Positions 35,041-43,052 are shown, counted from the stretch's first letter. The stretch is DNA of 49,213 nucleotides from an uncultured Candidatus Melainabacteria bacterium (GCA_937891325.1 CALAFU010000170.1:1-49213), one strand, 5' to 3'. Translations and numbers: made by a program. Notes: a model not told the origin generated them from the sequence alone.

Positions 35041-35203
35041 GAAAGATCTGTCTTAATGGATTTTCCATTTCCTGATTTCATCAGTCAATGTCAAACCATT
35101 GTGATAGATCATTTAAGTTTGTAAAGAAATCTTTATTTAGGATCTGTTTAAGGATCTTTTCTTAAAGTCCTCAACATAGTCTAGCATTAAAGAAATTTTG
35201 AGA

Positions 35204-35261
35204 AAAAGGTTTCAAAGTAAAAGGACTAAAAGGAAGAGAATAAAAGGTCTTGATGAAAAGG
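35204..35261. repeat. five AAAAGG direct repeats (iteron-like)
   Basis: AAAAGG at 35204, 35219, 35228, 35242 and 35256. Confidence 0.6.
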
Positions 35262-35324
35262 TTTCATATAAGTTTTTCATTTGCTTTTTGTTGTTTATGT
35301 TTTGTTCTGTTAAAAAAAAACTAC

Positions 35325-35351
35325 TTGACAACAATCTGTAAATGATATAGC
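35325..35351 (+). promoter_or_regulatory. sigma70-type promoter with extended -10
   Basis: TTGACA (35325-35330), 15-nt spacer, TGaTATAGC (35343-35351). Confidence 0.55.
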
Positions 35352-35385
35352 TTGAATTGTAGATTACTAATGAAAGGAAAACGGT

Positions 35386-35694
35386 ATGAACATTGGAAAA
35401 CGTTTAGAAGATATCTTTGAAGAAATTATAAGAATTGTAAGAGGTTATGATATCACCAAGAAGTTTCAAAGTAATAACAGATTGCTGAAACAGGTAAATG
35501 ATTATATTACAAAATTGACTGACAGTGAAGAATGGACACCTGAAAAAAGAAACCATTTGTTTGATTATCTGATTTCTCAAGCTTCCTGTCAAAAACATGC
35601 AATGGATTTGTTTGATGAAAAGGATATGGCTGTTTTCTATTATCAGGTTCAATGCATGTTGGCTACTGTAAAATGTGATTATATCACCAAATGA
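35386..35694 (+). CDS. hypothetical protein (102 aa)
   Basis: AAAGGAAAA RBS; the antisense ORF is rejected. Confidence 0.65.
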   Translation: MNIGKRLEDIFEEIIRIVRGYDITKKFQSNNRLLKQVNDYITKLTDSEEWTPEKRNHLFDYLISQASCQKHAMDLFDEKDMAVFYYQVQCMLATVKCDYITK

Positions 35695-36020
35695 AAAATA
35701 TGTTGACAACGTTTCTTTTTATTGCTATAGTATATTTCTCAAATGAAGCAAGAGGAGAATGGAATTCATTACAATCTGAATTATTCTTTGCAGGGTGTTC
35801 AGATGAATGTGTGGAGAGTAGTGAAGCTGTTGATGATATAGTAAATGTCAAGGACTATTGTGAATGTGTTTGTCATACAATATTGCATACAACAGATTCC
35901 TATGAGCAAGCAAATGAATTTGTAATAAATTCATTGAATGGTGAATATGATGAACGTAAAGTGTTTGATAAAATCATGTACCAATGTTTTACGGTTAATC
36001 GAAAGAAAGGGTTGAGATAA
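35691..36020 (+). CDS. secreted or membrane-anchored Cys-rich protein (109 aa)
   Basis: ATGA overlap; N-terminal signal-like LTTFLFIAIVYFSNEA. Contains an embedded consensus promoter sequence at 35703-35731. Confidence 0.6.
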   Translation: MKNMLTTFLFIAIVYFSNEARGEWNSLQSELFFAGCSDECVESSEAVDDIVNVKDYCECVCHTILHTTDSYEQANEFVINSLNGEYDERKVFDKIMYQCFTVNRKKGLR

Positions 36021-36136
36021 TGTTTGAGTGTGAAACGGATCATGAATTTAATGAATATGTAAAGTTTTTATGTAAGTTCAGTGCTACTTGCATCACGTTA
36101 AGTGTCATTGTATCAGCTTGCATTTACTATATGTAA
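36020..36136 (+). CDS. possible small membrane protein (38 aa)
   Basis: TAATG overlap with the upstream stop; hydrophobic C-terminus. Confidence 0.35.
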   Translation: MFECETDHEFNEYVKFLCKFSATCITLSVIVSACIYYM

Positions 36137-36146
36137 TTGGTGTCCT

Positions 36147-36455
36147 ATGAAATATTTGTTGTCTATCATTGTTGCGATTGGTGTGTTGACCGGTTGTGTG
36201 GCATATTATGATCGGTCTGAAATTCAAATTACATATGAACAGAACGGAAAGGATTGTGTTTATACTGAACGTGGGTATGCTATCACATATGACAGTCGTT
36301 CATTGGTAAATAATGATACTATCACATATGCAAATACTTCATGTGATGTAATCATTACAAGTGAATTAAAAAACGCAACAAACAAAATTGGGTTGTCGCG
36401 TCGTAGAGATAGTGCTGACGTAGCTAATAACAGACGTACATATTCAATGTATTGA
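36147..36455 (+). CDS. putative lipoprotein (102 aa)
   Basis: Start moved to ATG 36147; signal peptide MKYLLSIIVAIGVLTGC with lipobox L-T-G-C. Confidence 0.65.
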   Translation: MKYLLSIIVAIGVLTGCVAYYDRSEIQITYEQNGKDCVYTERGYAITYDSRSLVNNDTITYANTSCDVIITSELKNATNKIGLSRRRDSADVANNRRTYSMY

Positions 36456-36489
36456 ACATGAGTAAGCACAATCTTTGAAGAATATCACA

Positions 36490-36597
36490 ATGGCATATAA
36501 ACACAATCTTTATCAATATATGTCATCAGTATATTCATTCATTGCGTTTGCGATGTTGTTTATGACTATAGGAACTTTAATTATATTGTTCCTATAA
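36490..36597 (+). CDS. possible small membrane protein (35 aa)
   Basis: Hand-found ORF MAYKHNLYQYMSSVYSFIAFAMLFMTIGTLIILFL; weak RBS. Confidence 0.3.
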   Translation: MAYKHNLYQYMSSVYSFIAFAMLFMTIGTLIILFL

Positions 36598-36621
36598 ATT
36601 GAAAAAGAAAGGAAGAACTAA

Positions 36622-37131
36622 ATGTTTTTTAAAAGTAAAGATAAAGAAGCCAGTCAGATCAAGATGTTTGAAGAAAAATTGCCGATCATTAAAGATATGG
36701 AAAGTGTTCGCGGCAAGGACTTCAAAATTGCCATGCATTATATTGGTATGCCAATTGATTTTTGTTACATGGGTGTTTTTGTAAAAACAGGTGGCATTGA
36801 AGGTGTTCGTCAATTCATTGAGAAACTTGATGAATATATTAAGTCTTCTGATGATGTAAAAACTTTGGTTCACTTGAATGAAAAAGATAACAATCTGTTG
36901 GGAATGATGGATCGTCACGAAGAACAGACTTCGAATATCAAAACTAAAAGGATGTTGAACATTGTCGAACCATCTGAATTCAATAGTGTTAAGAAGATGC
37001 TGAAAACCCGTAATAAAGAATGGGACACTATGCACGATTTGCATTTGGAGTTTTTGAACAGCATTGATGACTATCAGATTAAATGTCGTAGAAAGATGTA
37101 TGAAATCTTTGAAGAAGCTGTAGCTGTGTAA
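36622..37131 (+). CDS. hypothetical protein (169 aa)
   Basis: AAAGGAAG RBS; the antisense ORF 36592..37182 is rejected. Confidence 0.7.
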   Translation: MFFKSKDKEASQIKMFEEKLPIIKDMESVRGKDFKIAMHYIGMPIDFCYMGVFVKTGGIEGVRQFIEKLDEYIKSSDDVKTLVHLNEKDNNLLGMMDRHEEQTSNIKTKRMLNIVEPSEFNSVKKMLKTRNKEWDTMHDLHLEFLNSIDDYQIKCRRKMYEIFEEAVAV

Positions 37132-37239
37132 TTTAAATGGCCGTAGAATGATGTTTAACAAATCTTGTGAGGAATCTTGCATGAATTCGTTGACGTCACT
37201 CTACGGTCTTTATTTTGTCTTTATGGAAAGGTTTGGCAA

Positions 37240-37407
37240 ATGAAGAAGTTGTTGTTGAGTGTAATGGTTGCTATGATATGCCTAGTAACTGATGCATATG
37301 CACAACGTGGTTGTTGTAGCTATCATGGTGGTGTAAATAGTTGCACTATTAGTGGTCGTGTCAGATGTAATGACGGTACATTGTCACCGAGTTGCACATG
37401 TCGATAA
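37240..37407 (+). CDS. small secreted Cys-rich peptide (55 aa precursor)
   Basis: Start moved to ATG 37240. Signal peptide MKKLLLSVMVAMICLVTDAYA, then QRGCCSYHGGVNSCTISGRVRCNDGTLSPSCTCR (6 Cys in 34 aa). Confidence 0.6.
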   Translation: MKKLLLSVMVAMICLVTDAYAQRGCCSYHGGVNSCTISGRVRCNDGTLSPSCTCR

Positions 37408-37531
37408 AAACCGGTTTGATTGTGTGTTTCATATTGTCAACAACTTCTTGCAGTTGCATTAAAAGTGTTTATGATATGCATGTGAACAGTGTATATGAGC
37501 TGATTTATCAGCGTTATTGAAAGGGTTAATT

Positions 37532-37873
37532 ATGTATTTGGTTAATTTTTGGTTGAAGATGTTTGATTTTAAAAGCAACATCGGTGTTTTTGAATTCTGG
37601 ATTCCTCTTATCTTTTATCATTTCGCTTTTTATGCAATTGGTTTCTTGCCTGAAACTTTAATGACGATTGCTATATATATCTATTTTGGCGGTTATTTGA
37701 TTGCCTTGATTTCTTCTGGTGTTCGTAGATTGCACGACCTTAACTTCTCTGGTTTGTGGATGATTGCATTTTTCATTCCCGGATTGAATGCTATTTTAGC
37801 GATAATGTTGTTGTTACCGTCAGATTTCATGGGCGCTATTGTTGATGCTGGTTCGACTAAACCAAAAGAATAA
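37532..37873 (+). CDS. DUF805-family inner-membrane protein
   Basis: Three hydrophobic segments and the signature GVRRLHDLNFSGLWMI. Start moved to ATG 37532. Confidence 0.7.
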   Translation: MYLVNFWLKMFDFKSNIGVFEFWIPLIFYHFAFYAIGFLPETLMTIAIYIYFGGYLIALISSGVRRLHDLNFSGLWMIAFFIPGLNAILAIMLLLPSDFMGAIVDAGSTKPKE

Positions 37874-37891
37874 CAATAAAGGTAGATAAAA

Positions 37892-38080
37892 ATGAGCAGA
37901 AATGAATGGGGCGTTGTAGCTATTGTAATCTTTTGTGTTTTGCAACATTATAATAGTCAAATGGCTATGATTTTCTTTGTATCTTTCGTTGTAAGTTTCT
38001 TAACTAATATGAACAATCAAAAAGATACAAATGAAGAAAATAACAATGATGAAGAAAAGATGATTGACAAAAAAGAATAA
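37892..38080 (+). CDS. small membrane protein (62 aa)
   Basis: AAAGGTAG RBS; two hydrophobic segments and an acidic tail. Confidence 0.55.
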   Translation: MSRNEWGVVAIVIFCVLQHYNSQMAMIFFVSFVVSFLTNMNNQKDTNEENNNDEEKMIDKKE

Positions 38081-38149
38081 TTATAGTAGTTTATTGTTTT
38101 AGTGGTTAATCAATCTGTTATAACTAAATGTCATGAGAGGGATTTTATA

Positions 38150-38521
38150 ATGATAATGAGACATTTGAGTTTCTTTTCTAATCTGTGTATTCTTTTCGTT
38201 GTCATTTTGACAGTTCACACTTTAGGGGTTAAAGCAAACTGGACAATTGCATTGTTCTATTTTTCTTCTGTTCTGTTTTTGCTGATGTTCATTGAAGGTG
38301 AAATGTCTGAAAAGAAAGAAGAAGAATATAAACGTTTACTGAAGGAAAATAATATTGCTTTTTATGATGAAGATGAAGAAGCAATGAAATCCTTAAAAGA
38401 AACCGCTGAACAGTTGAAGAAAACACTGAAAAAGAAAAAAGAGATGAAAGCTGAAGCTACTGTTGAAGATAATACTAAAAGCATGTCTGAAGTAGAAAAA
38501 GACATTTCGTCTGAACAGTAA
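38150..38521 (+). CDS. membrane protein with charged C-terminal domain (123 aa)
   Basis: Start moved to ATG 38150 behind GAGAGGG; two TM segments, then a K/E-rich tail. Confidence 0.6.
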   Translation: MIMRHLSFFSNLCILFVVILTVHTLGVKANWTIALFYFSSVLFLLMFIEGEMSEKKEEEYKRLLKENNIAFYDEDEEAMKSLKETAEQLKKTLKKKKEMKAEATVEDNTKSMSEVEKDISSEQ

Positions 38522-38545
38522 TCTCTCGTAAACAGTTTCATATAC

Positions 38546-38590
38546 AAAAGCAAGAGTTTGAAATATAACCCTTGCTTTTATTTTTATTTA
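38546..38590 (+). terminator. rho-independent terminator
   Basis: AAAAGCAAG (38546-38554) pairs with CTTGCTTTT (38571-38579), followed by ATTTTTATTT. Confidence 0.7.
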
Positions 38591-38600
38591 ATGATATAGT
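38572..38600 (+). promoter_or_regulatory. sigma70-type promoter overlapping the terminator
   Basis: TTGCTT (38572-38577), 17-nt spacer, TGaTATAGT (38592-38600). Confidence 0.55.
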
Positions 38601-38627
38601 ATTTGTATTAGAAATAAAGGAGTTGAA

Positions 38628-38951
38628 ATGTTTAAAGACTTTAAAGACTTAATGCATCTACCTGGTTATATTGTAGATGTACTTAATAGAAAATGTGGTA
38701 ACCTCATCCATAAAGAATATATTGTATCCTTTCAATCTTTGTGTGAAATTCAAGATGATTATATCCTAGCGACATTTACTTTTCCTGATCAAAATAAATT
38801 TCTTTATTATGTTTATATTGATAAAGATATACTTGATATGTCAATTGATGTCTTGAATAGTGAGCACATTCAGTTCAAATATGAACAAAAAGGAAAAGAC
38901 AGATACTTGCATTTTATTGATATTGGTAACAATACATTGAGAAGGATTTAA
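38628..38951 (+). CDS. array member, IG-x3-L-x2-I tail family (107 aa)
   Basis: AAGGAG RBS; ends HFIDIGNNTLRRI-stop. Confidence 0.7.
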   Translation: MFKDFKDLMHLPGYIVDVLNRKCGNLIHKEYIVSFQSLCEIQDDYILATFTFPDQNKFLYYVYIDKDILDMSIDVLNSEHIQFKYEQKGKDRYLHFIDIGNNTLRRI

Positions 38952-38955
38952 TTTT

Positions 38956-39249
38956 ATGATATATAATAAAAGGTTGATTGATGTTTTAAACAAATATATC
39001 ATATCTCAAATAAGTGATAAACCGGCGCATTTCATTGATGGGTTCCATGAAAAAGATGATGGCTCAATTCAACTATTGTATCAATATAACGATGGTTCAG
39101 ATTATTTTTATGTTGTAAATGTTAATCCGGAGATTTTTAATATACCCCCGTCAGCATTAGATAATGATTGTCATCAGTTGACATATGATGAAAAAACATA
39201 TACTATAACTATAAAAGAAGTTGGTGATGCTGTTTTGAATAATGTGTAG
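38956..39249 (+). CDS. array member, tail family (97 aa)
   Basis: Ends TIKEVGDAVLNNV-stop. Confidence 0.7.
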   Translation: MIYNKRLIDVLNKYIISQISDKPAHFIDGFHEKDDGSIQLLYQYNDGSDYFYVVNVNPEIFNIPPSALDNDCHQLTYDEKTYTITIKEVGDAVLNNV

Positions 39250-39281
39250 CCAAAATTAATGTATGAAAGGTAGCTGTAACG

Positions 39282-39572
39282 ATGTCTATTTCGAGTTGGT
39301 TAGAAGCTATGACAGTGAAAGCGGCCTATTTAATCGAGCGTGAAAATGTCCGCTTTGTTGGATGGACTAATTCAAGTACAAACAAATATTGTCGGCTATA
39401 TTATCAATATGGACAATTTGAAACCTTTGATTATATTTTGGCGGATCCTTTAATAGCAAACCTTTCTGTTGAACAAATACTCAATGATGGCATTGTCTTT
39501 AAATTAATAAACTGTAAAGGTAACTTTCTTACTATTGAAGATATTGGTAAAAAAGTTTTGGGGAATATTTAG
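39282..39572 (+). CDS. array member, tail family (96 aa)
   Basis: Ends TIEDIGKKVLGNI-stop. Confidence 0.7.
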   Translation: MSISSWLEAMTVKAAYLIERENVRFVGWTNSSTNKYCRLYYQYGQFETFDYILADPLIANLSVEQILNDGIVFKLINCKGNFLTIEDIGKKVLGNI

Positions 39573-39583
39573 ATAGGAAGTTG

Positions 39584-39883
39584 ATGACTATGCGTATTGG
39601 TAATTTAGAAAGATTGTATATCTTAAATAAAAAAGCTTCCAATCTGATTCTTGATGATTGCAATGTTCATTTCGAAACTATCATGAACTATGATATTGAC
39701 TTTTGGGGTATTGCTTTTTCATATACAAAATATAACCATAAATATTCTGATACTATTTATCTTGATAAAGATATCATGAATGTTCCTGTTGATGTTTTGG
39801 TAAGTGATTCAACTACCTTTAAATTCGAAAATAATTATTTAAAGCTGTCTGATATAGGTAAAGAAACCCTTAACAATATTTGA
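39584..39883 (+). CDS. array member, tail family (99 aa)
   Basis: Start at ATG 39584 behind AGGAAG; ends KLSDIGKETLNNI-stop. Confidence 0.7.
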   Translation: MTMRIGNLERLYILNKKASNLILDDCNVHFETIMNYDIDFWGIAFSYTKYNHKYSDTIYLDKDIMNVPVDVLVSDSTTFKFENNYLKLSDIGKETLNNI

Positions 39884-39990
39884 CACACATTTTTACAACA
39901 ACTCAACTAAAAGTTGCTGTTCTATAGCATATACATTTTCGCCATTTTGGCATTTTTGATTTCAACAATAGGTTGTATATAAACACACTG

Positions 39991-40030
39991 AATCAAGTGA
40001 CATTTATGTTTTAGTGTCACTTGATTTGTT
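39991..40030. terminator. rho-independent terminator between convergent genes
   Basis: 12-bp stem AATCAAGTGACA (39991-40002) pairs with TGTCACTTGATT (40015-40026), followed by TGTTTT. Confidence 0.8.
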
Positions 40031-40040
40031 TTATCAAATT

Positions 40041-40751
40041 TTATTCACCGATTTTTCTTACAGGAACATCTAGACCTTGTTTCAAGGAAACAAGAAGGTA
40101 GTTTAAATTACCTTTAGTTAAATTGATGTCAGGCCAAATATCATATTCCTTTAACGGATAGTAGTTATGCAATGAAACCCATTTGTCAATTTTCTTGATG
40201 AATGTTGAGATTTGGAAAATGTCACGACACTCTTCTGTTAAACGGTCACCAGCATATTCAATCTTTTTCCATTCACTGATTACCTGTTCTTTTGTCTTCG
40301 TTAAAACATGTTTAGGAATCGTTACAATGACTTTATCATCACCGTCAGGAATATGTTCAGGTTTTTCATCAGCAATAATTGTAGCGTCTTTATTTTCATT
40401 TGTAGACGGTGTTGATTGAACTTTTTGCAATGTACTGTTTGTAGGAACTGTATCCGCAACTTTTGTCGTATGTGTCACAATATCATTCGTAATTGTTTCT
40501 GTGACTTTGCCTAATTTTAACGCTCTATATTCATCCCATCTTTTCTTTACTGCTGCACGGGCTTTATTGCTTTTATCCACTTGCTTCTGATTCTGTTTAT
40601 CAAGCATATATTTGATGACTACCCACGCTTTGCAATCTTCAACATTATATTCAGGATAAAAAAGAATTCCCTTCATAACTTCTGTCTGTTTTTCAGGCGG
40701 TAGTGTTGAGATGATATCTTTAAATTCAGGCTCAATTACGACTTTAAACAT
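40041..40751 (-). CDS. hypothetical protein (236 aa), the only long leftward gene
   Basis: AGGAG RBS 9 nt upstream on the minus strand and its own consensus promoter. Basic helical N-terminal third (KARAAVKKRWDEYRA), T/N-rich linker. Confidence 0.8.
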   Translation of the reverse strand: MFKVVIEPEFKDIISTLPPEKQTEVMKGILFYPEYNVEDCKAWVVIKYMLDKQNQKQVDKSNKARAAVKKRWDEYRALKLGKVTETITNDIVTHTTKVADTVPTNSTLQKVQSTPSTNENKDATIIADEKPEHIPDGDDKVIVTIPKHVLTKTKEQVISEWKKIEYAGDRLTEECRDIFQISTFIKKIDKWVSLHNYYPLKEYDIWPDINLTKGNLNYLLVSLKQGLDVPVRKIGE

Positions 40752-40796
40752 AAACGAATAGTCTCCTATATAGTTTAAATCTATTTAGATGCCTTC

Positions 40797-40825
40797 ATAT
40801 TATCCCTGTATTTCATTGTTGTCAA
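40797..40825 (-). promoter_or_regulatory. sigma70-type promoter (minus strand) for 40041..40751
   Basis: Read on the minus strand: TTGACA (40825-40820), 17-nt spacer, TAATAT (40802-40797). Confidence 0.65.
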
Positions 40826-40981
40826 TATCCATTTTTGTATTTGTATCACTTTTTTATTGTCTAACAAATCATTGTTTGTTTACATCAGATACGTTTCATA
40901 CATATGTATAAGTCGTATGGTTTCTAAATCTTCTATATAAGATTTATGTAGTTAAAGATAGTTTGTATAACTATTGTAAAC

Positions 40982-41008
40982 ATTCTACATATTCTACATT
41001 CTATACAT
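40982..41008. repeat. tandem 9-mer repeat, ATTCTACAT x2 + TCTATACAT
   Basis: Direct reading in the divergent control region. Confidence 0.7.
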
Positions 41009-41071
41009 TTTTTACGTTTGTATGTTTTGTATATAATGTACCTATTTTAAAGCTTTATACAACGAAAAATC

Positions 41072-41100
41072 TTGACAATACGTTGTTTATGTAATAAAGT
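41072..41100 (+). promoter_or_regulatory. possible sigma70-type promoter
   Basis: TTGACA (41072-41077), 17-nt spacer, TAAAGT (41095-41100). Confidence 0.45.
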
Positions 41101-41131
41101 AATATTTGTAAACTAATGGAAAGGAATAAGA

Positions 41132-41464
41132 ATGCCTATTTGTTATGTATGTGAATCAAGTCTAGCATTGCCGACAGGTGTGGCTACTGAAGAATGCAAT
41201 TTATCTATCCGTGAAGTTATCAATGAAGCTAAAGAAGTTGTAGTGACAGGAAAATATGTTTATACGATGTCACCATTCTTTCTTCAATCGTTGATTTTGT
41301 TTGCAGATAAAGAGGGTGTTTTGAATAATTGGAAATTTATATTATTGCATAACAATGGTACTAAAGAAGATAAAACTGAACATCGTGAAGAGTTGTTTGA
41401 AATGATGTCATCACCTTTAGATGAACTGTTTATGGTAACATATAAAGATGACCAAAACATATAA
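41132..41464 (+). CDS. hypothetical protein (110 aa), paralogue of the C-terminal domain of 32845..33348
   Basis: CYVCESSLALP..TEECNLSIREVI...YVYTMSPFFLQSLILFADKEGVLNNWKFILLHNNG. Confidence 0.65.
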   Translation: MPICYVCESSLALPTGVATEECNLSIREVINEAKEVVVTGKYVYTMSPFFLQSLILFADKEGVLNNWKFILLHNNGTKEDKTEHREELFEMMSSPLDELFMVTYKDDQNI

Positions 41465-41765
41465 AACAATCATTAACACTATTGTCAAGAAGATGAAAGG
41501 TTACGAATGGAAAGTTCGTGATACTGATGATTATAGTTTAAAGTTGTCTGGTAGTGTACAATCATTCGATATCATCGGTCCTATTATAAAGGTGTGGTGT
41601 TGTATTGTATATACATACAATAATCAACATGAACGAATCTATCAGCCTTTATCTTTTGAAAGGCAATGGTTGACTATTAAAGATATTGAGAATTATTCTT
41701 TTAAGATTGAAGGCTATAACTTTGTTTTAGAAGATATTGGTAACAGTATATTGACCAATCTATAA
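41448..41765 (+). CDS. array member, tail family (105 aa)
   Basis: Ends FVLEDIGNSILTNL-stop. Confidence 0.7.
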   Translation: MTKTYKTIINTIVKKMKGYEWKVRDTDDYSLKLSGSVQSFDIIGPIIKVWCCIVYTYNNQHERIYQPLSFERQWLTIKDIENYSFKIEGYNFVLEDIGNSILTNL

Positions 41766-41780
41766 AGAGAAAATCGAACT

Positions 41781-42185
41781 ATGATGTATACCCATCAAAC
41801 CAAAAAATTGAGTAATTTAAAAGGTTCACCGAATAGTCGTGCAGTATCTTGTGTTGGGTTTATCTTAAATAGATATGACAGACGACGCTTGAATAAACTG
41901 ATAAATATCTTTGGCAATAAACTAATTAGTGTCAAAAATGCTCTTTGCAGTCGAAACTTTTACATTGAAAAATGTATTCGCATATCATACTTTGAATATG
42001 ATTCTGAATATGTAGCAACCTTTAAGTGTACAGATAAAATAGTTTTGCAAGTCATTATCAAGGAAAATTTATTTAATGACTTGTTGAAATATAGAAATGA
42101 TTGTATTGATTTTGACATGTGTGATTATGACTTGTTTTATGTTAAGACTTTAGACATTGGCAATATGACATTGAAAGATATTTAA
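41781..42185 (+). CDS. array member, tail family, NRYDRRR subfamily (134 aa)
   Basis: GFILNRYDRRRLNKL near the N-terminus; ends KTLDIGNMTLKDI-stop. Confidence 0.7.
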   Translation: MMYTHQTKKLSNLKGSPNSRAVSCVGFILNRYDRRRLNKLINIFGNKLISVKNALCSRNFYIEKCIRISYFEYDSEYVATFKCTDKIVLQVIIKENLFNDLLKYRNDCIDFDMCDYDLFYVKTLDIGNMTLKDI

Positions 42186-42211
42186 TCAACAGCTATATAG
42201 GAAAGTTTATC

Positions 42212-42502
42212 ATGTCTACTTTAATTGTAGCCAATAAAATCATTAAGAATGTCGCTATAGTGAATAAACAAAAGAATAAGTTGTCTATCCGTATGCCAAC
42301 AAAAGATTCAAATTATTTTAAACATGATTTGCAATGTGTTAATATGAATGATAAAGCATTGTATGATGCATACAAAAGAAGTTGTGCATGTACATTGTAT
42401 ATTGATGATGAGGCTTTTCCTAATTGCATTGCTACGAACATTAGAAAGTCTAGATTAATTGGGCAACGTATTGTTACATTTGTGGTAGAGAATGATCTGT
42501 GA
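42212..42502 (+). CDS. hypothetical protein (96 aa), possibly a diverged array member
   Basis: AGGAAAG RBS. C-terminal ..SRLIGQRIVTFVVENDL has an IG-x3-V-x2-V element followed by 5 extra residues. Confidence 0.55.
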   Translation: MSTLIVANKIIKNVAIVNKQKNKLSIRMPTKDSNYFKHDLQCVNMNDKALYDAYKRSCACTLYIDDEAFPNCIATNIRKSRLIGQRIVTFVVENDL

Positions 42503-42539
42503 CAATGGTTATTTTATCGATGCATTTTAAAATTATGCA

Positions 42540-42917
42540 TTAAATGTTTTCTAAACAAGTTATCCCCGCATCTTTTGTTATAACTTTAATGACATTGTAA
42601 TCATCATCAGAAACTATTTGTATATCTGTTTTTTTAATGCTATCAAGTTTTTCTAATATATAATCACTGATAAACAAGTATTGTATCGAGTTGTTCACTT
42701 TATCATTTTGCAATGAATAGCATGAGCATTGAATAGGTGTAAAACCAATTATTTTTTCTTTTATATAACGATCGTCTTTTTTGCGCAACAACACTGATTC
42801 AATAAAGAAATGAATATGATGTTTGAAATGCTGAATTGTGGCATCAATATCAAATTGCATACCTTTTAATAAATCTGTGATAAGAATATCTGTATGATTT
42901 GGGCGAAGAATTGTCAT
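42540..42917 (-). CDS. array member (inverted), tail family (125 aa)
   Basis: Ends ITKDAGITCLENI-stop; has its own minus-strand promoter. Confidence 0.7.
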   Translation of the reverse strand: MTILRPNHTDILITDLLKGMQFDIDATIQHFKHHIHFFIESVLLRKKDDRYIKEKIIGFTPIQCSCYSLQNDKVNNSIQYLFISDYILEKLDSIKKTDIQIVSDDDYNVIKVITKDAGITCLENI

Positions 42918-42953
42918 GTGTGATTACTGTTAAACGTTGCTTTTGATGTAGCT

Positions 42954-42983
42954 ACTATAATCCAAACATATTCAAATTGTCAA
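42954..42983 (-). promoter_or_regulatory. sigma70-type promoter (minus strand)
   Basis: Read on the minus strand: TTGACA (42983-42978), 18-nt spacer, TATAGT (42959-42954). Confidence 0.6.
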
Positions 42984-42995
42984 TGTTTTTATATA

Positions 42996-43024
42996 TTGAC
43001 AAATGTCGTCTTTTATTATAGTAT
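42996..43024 (+). promoter_or_regulatory. sigma70-type promoter
   Basis: TTGACA (42996-43001), then TATAGT (43017-43022, 15-nt spacer) or TAGTAT (17-nt spacer). The ORF-track start at 42996 is this -35 box. Confidence 0.55.
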
Positions 43025-43052
43025 TGCTAATAAACTTAATAGGGTGAGTGAT

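Noticed and set aside
34844-35068. 74-aa minus-strand ORF, MENPLRQIFRGMEGGLLPPPVKEGFRGKYVPPV...
   Set aside because: Its Pro/Gly-rich sequence is just the translation of the G5/C5 hairpin cluster. It has no RBS, and no other leftward gene lies within 5 kb. I treat the region as non-coding and structured.
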